Assembly (NCBI GenBank): GCA_964492025.1
Contig: CAZBHR010000005.1
Coordinates: forward strand, 26,305 to 90,304
Direction: 5' to 3'
Length of the DNA stretch: 64,000 bases
Origin: an uncultured Spirochaetia bacterium
GTDB lineage: Bacteria; Spirochaetota; Spirochaetia; CAZBHR01
The translations under genes and the position numbers were made by a program. The notes under the pieces were generated by a model that saw nothing but the letters and a program-made list of their open reading frames with translations, was not told where the DNA came from and did no database searches. Within the stretch, counting starts at the first letter, position 1. Every line of letters starts with the position of its first letter. Of this stretch, positions 62,870 through 64,000 are shown one piece after another.

Positions 62870-63311
62870 TTTTTCGAGAAGTTATTGGGATAGTTACGGG
62901 GCCATCATTTATATATGATACTTTCATATGGGCTCCAAAAACCCCTCGCTCTGTTGGAATGCCTTGTTTGATAAGAGCATCTTGCATAGCGAGGTATAGT
63001 GTCTCTGCATCCTCCGGAGCAGCTGCGCTTCCGTAGTAAGGTCTATTACCCTTTGAGGTATCTGCACAAAGGGTAAACTGGCTAATAAGAAGCACCTCTC
63101 CACCAATATCCTTTACTGAACGGTTCATTTTTCCTTGGTCATCGTGAAATATTCTCATATTTCCAATTTTTTTTGCGAGATACGCAACATCATCTTCTGT
63201 ATCCCCCAACTCTACCCCTAGGTATACTAAACAACCCTTGGTTATTTTCCCATAACATGTACCTTCTACCGAGACATTTGCCTGTTCTACTCGCTGAACT
63301 ACTGAAATCAT
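62862..63311 (-). CDS. dtd: D-aminoacyl-tRNA deacylase
   Basis: MISVVQRV... N-terminus and the SQFTL motif, in a 149-aa protein. Confidence 0.85.
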   Translation of the reverse strand: MISVVQRVEQANVSVEGTCYGKITKGCLVYLGVELGDTEDDVAYLAKKIGNMRIFHDDQGKMNRSVKDIGGEVLLISQFTLCADTSKGNRPYYGSAAAPEDAETLYLAMQDALIKQGIPTERGVFGAHMKVSYINDGPVTIPITSRKTK

Positions 63312-63366
63312 AGTAAAAATTTACCGTAATACTCTCCTCCGGTCAACCTCTTTTTTGCTCCCCCTG

Positions 63367-63395
63367 TTGAATGAATTTTGAAACCCTGCTATAAT
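63367..63395 (+). promoter_or_regulatory. Promoter TTGAAT-17-TATAAT
   Basis: Consensus-like promoter about 60 nt upstream of the ATG at 63459. Confidence 0.5.
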
Positions 63396-63458
63396 AGCAA
63401 AGGCAGTTTTGGGTAATGATGTTACTTTGAAATAAATGAGGTGCCATTTGGAGGGATT

Positions 63459-64000
63459 ATGGATACAAGTTTAGCAGAGATTAAGGCCTTATTAAACGAG
63501 CAGAAATGGACTAGAGCAACTATGAGCAACTGTACAATAAGCTCATTTTCTGAAGTTAATGCGCTTATTCCTAAAGACAGTGATGATGAGTTGAATCAAG
63601 AGATATTAGAAATTTGTGAAGAGCACCTGTCTCAGGACCGAGGAAGCATTTCGGCACTCTATATTTCTGGTATTATTGCCCTATCTCAACACGATATCGA
63701 TGATGTGAACATGGTTCGTCTTATTAATATCTTTGCGGATAATCATAAATGGGGTATTGTAGAGCACCTTTGTAATAAAATTTTAGAGTTTGGAGAGAAC
63801 AAGTTTGCCCTACAAACACTTTCTGATGCGTATGATCATCTAAACAAGCAGGATGATCGTATTAATGCTATGGAGCGATTAGTTAAAATTGATTTTGAAG
63901 CTGCCGAAGACTGCTACATACTTGCAAAACATAAAGAACAACAGGGTGAAAATGAGGCTGCCCTTGAGTATTATAAAAAAGCTTTATACCGATTTATTAA
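63459..64000 (+). CDS. Hypothetical helical (TPR-like) protein, 3'-truncated by the window edge
   Basis: Open frame from ATG 63459 (RBS GGAGGG) to the window end. It is absent from the ORF track because it has no stop in the window. Confidence 0.5.
   Translation, partial: MDTSLAEIKALLNEQKWTRATMSNCTISSFSEVNALIPKDSDDELNQEILEICEEHLSQDRGSISALYISGIIALSQHDIDDVNMVRLINIFADNHKWGIVEHLCNKILEFGENKFALQTLSDAYDHLNKQDDRINAMERLVKIDFEAAEDCYILAKHKEQQGENEAALEYYKKALYRFI

Noticed and set aside
1-64000. CRISPR arrays, long tandem or interspersed repeats
   Set aside because: No regularly spaced direct repeats are visible. The only repeats are short hairpins, terminators and the TGTATATT motifs noted above.

Overview
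This AT-rich chromosomal segment looks like a spirochete, most likely a Treponema. The evidence is a cytidylate kinase/ribosomal protein S1 fusion, split transketolase genes, a uvrA gene followed by an LptD-like gene, and tamB-bamA-mutS synteny. Most of the window is densely packed housekeeping genes, often with overlapping start/stop codons: murB-mgtE, cysS, uvrA, recA, scpAB-rluB-cmk/rpsA, a dnaG-rpoD operon led by a YkgJ-type protein, mutS, bamA/tamB, dnaB-rplI-rpsR-ssb-rpsF, tsaE-tsaB-trxB-glgA-glgC, glgP, dtd and mazG. RNA genes that the ORF track misses are a type-A RNase P RNA (rnpB, minus strand, ~36.0-36.3 kb), tRNA-Tyr(GTA) and tRNA-Thr(TGT). The accessory-looking parts are: a locus with two Cys-type sulfatases, a LacI regulator and a beta-phosphoglucomutase-like HAD hydrolase at the 5' end; a tightly promoter/terminator-bounded cassette of a small membrane protein, YbjQ and GNAT; an OMP/lipoprotein pair; an ECF sigma/anti-sigma pair; a LemA plus large two-TM protein module; and a radical-SAM/TPR pair directly downstream of rnpB. 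No CRISPR arrays, transposases, integrases or phage genes were seen. I found no clearly novel system, but several uncharacterised modules are worth follow-up. All calls rest on reading the translated ORFs and nucleotide motifs by eye; no searches were run.
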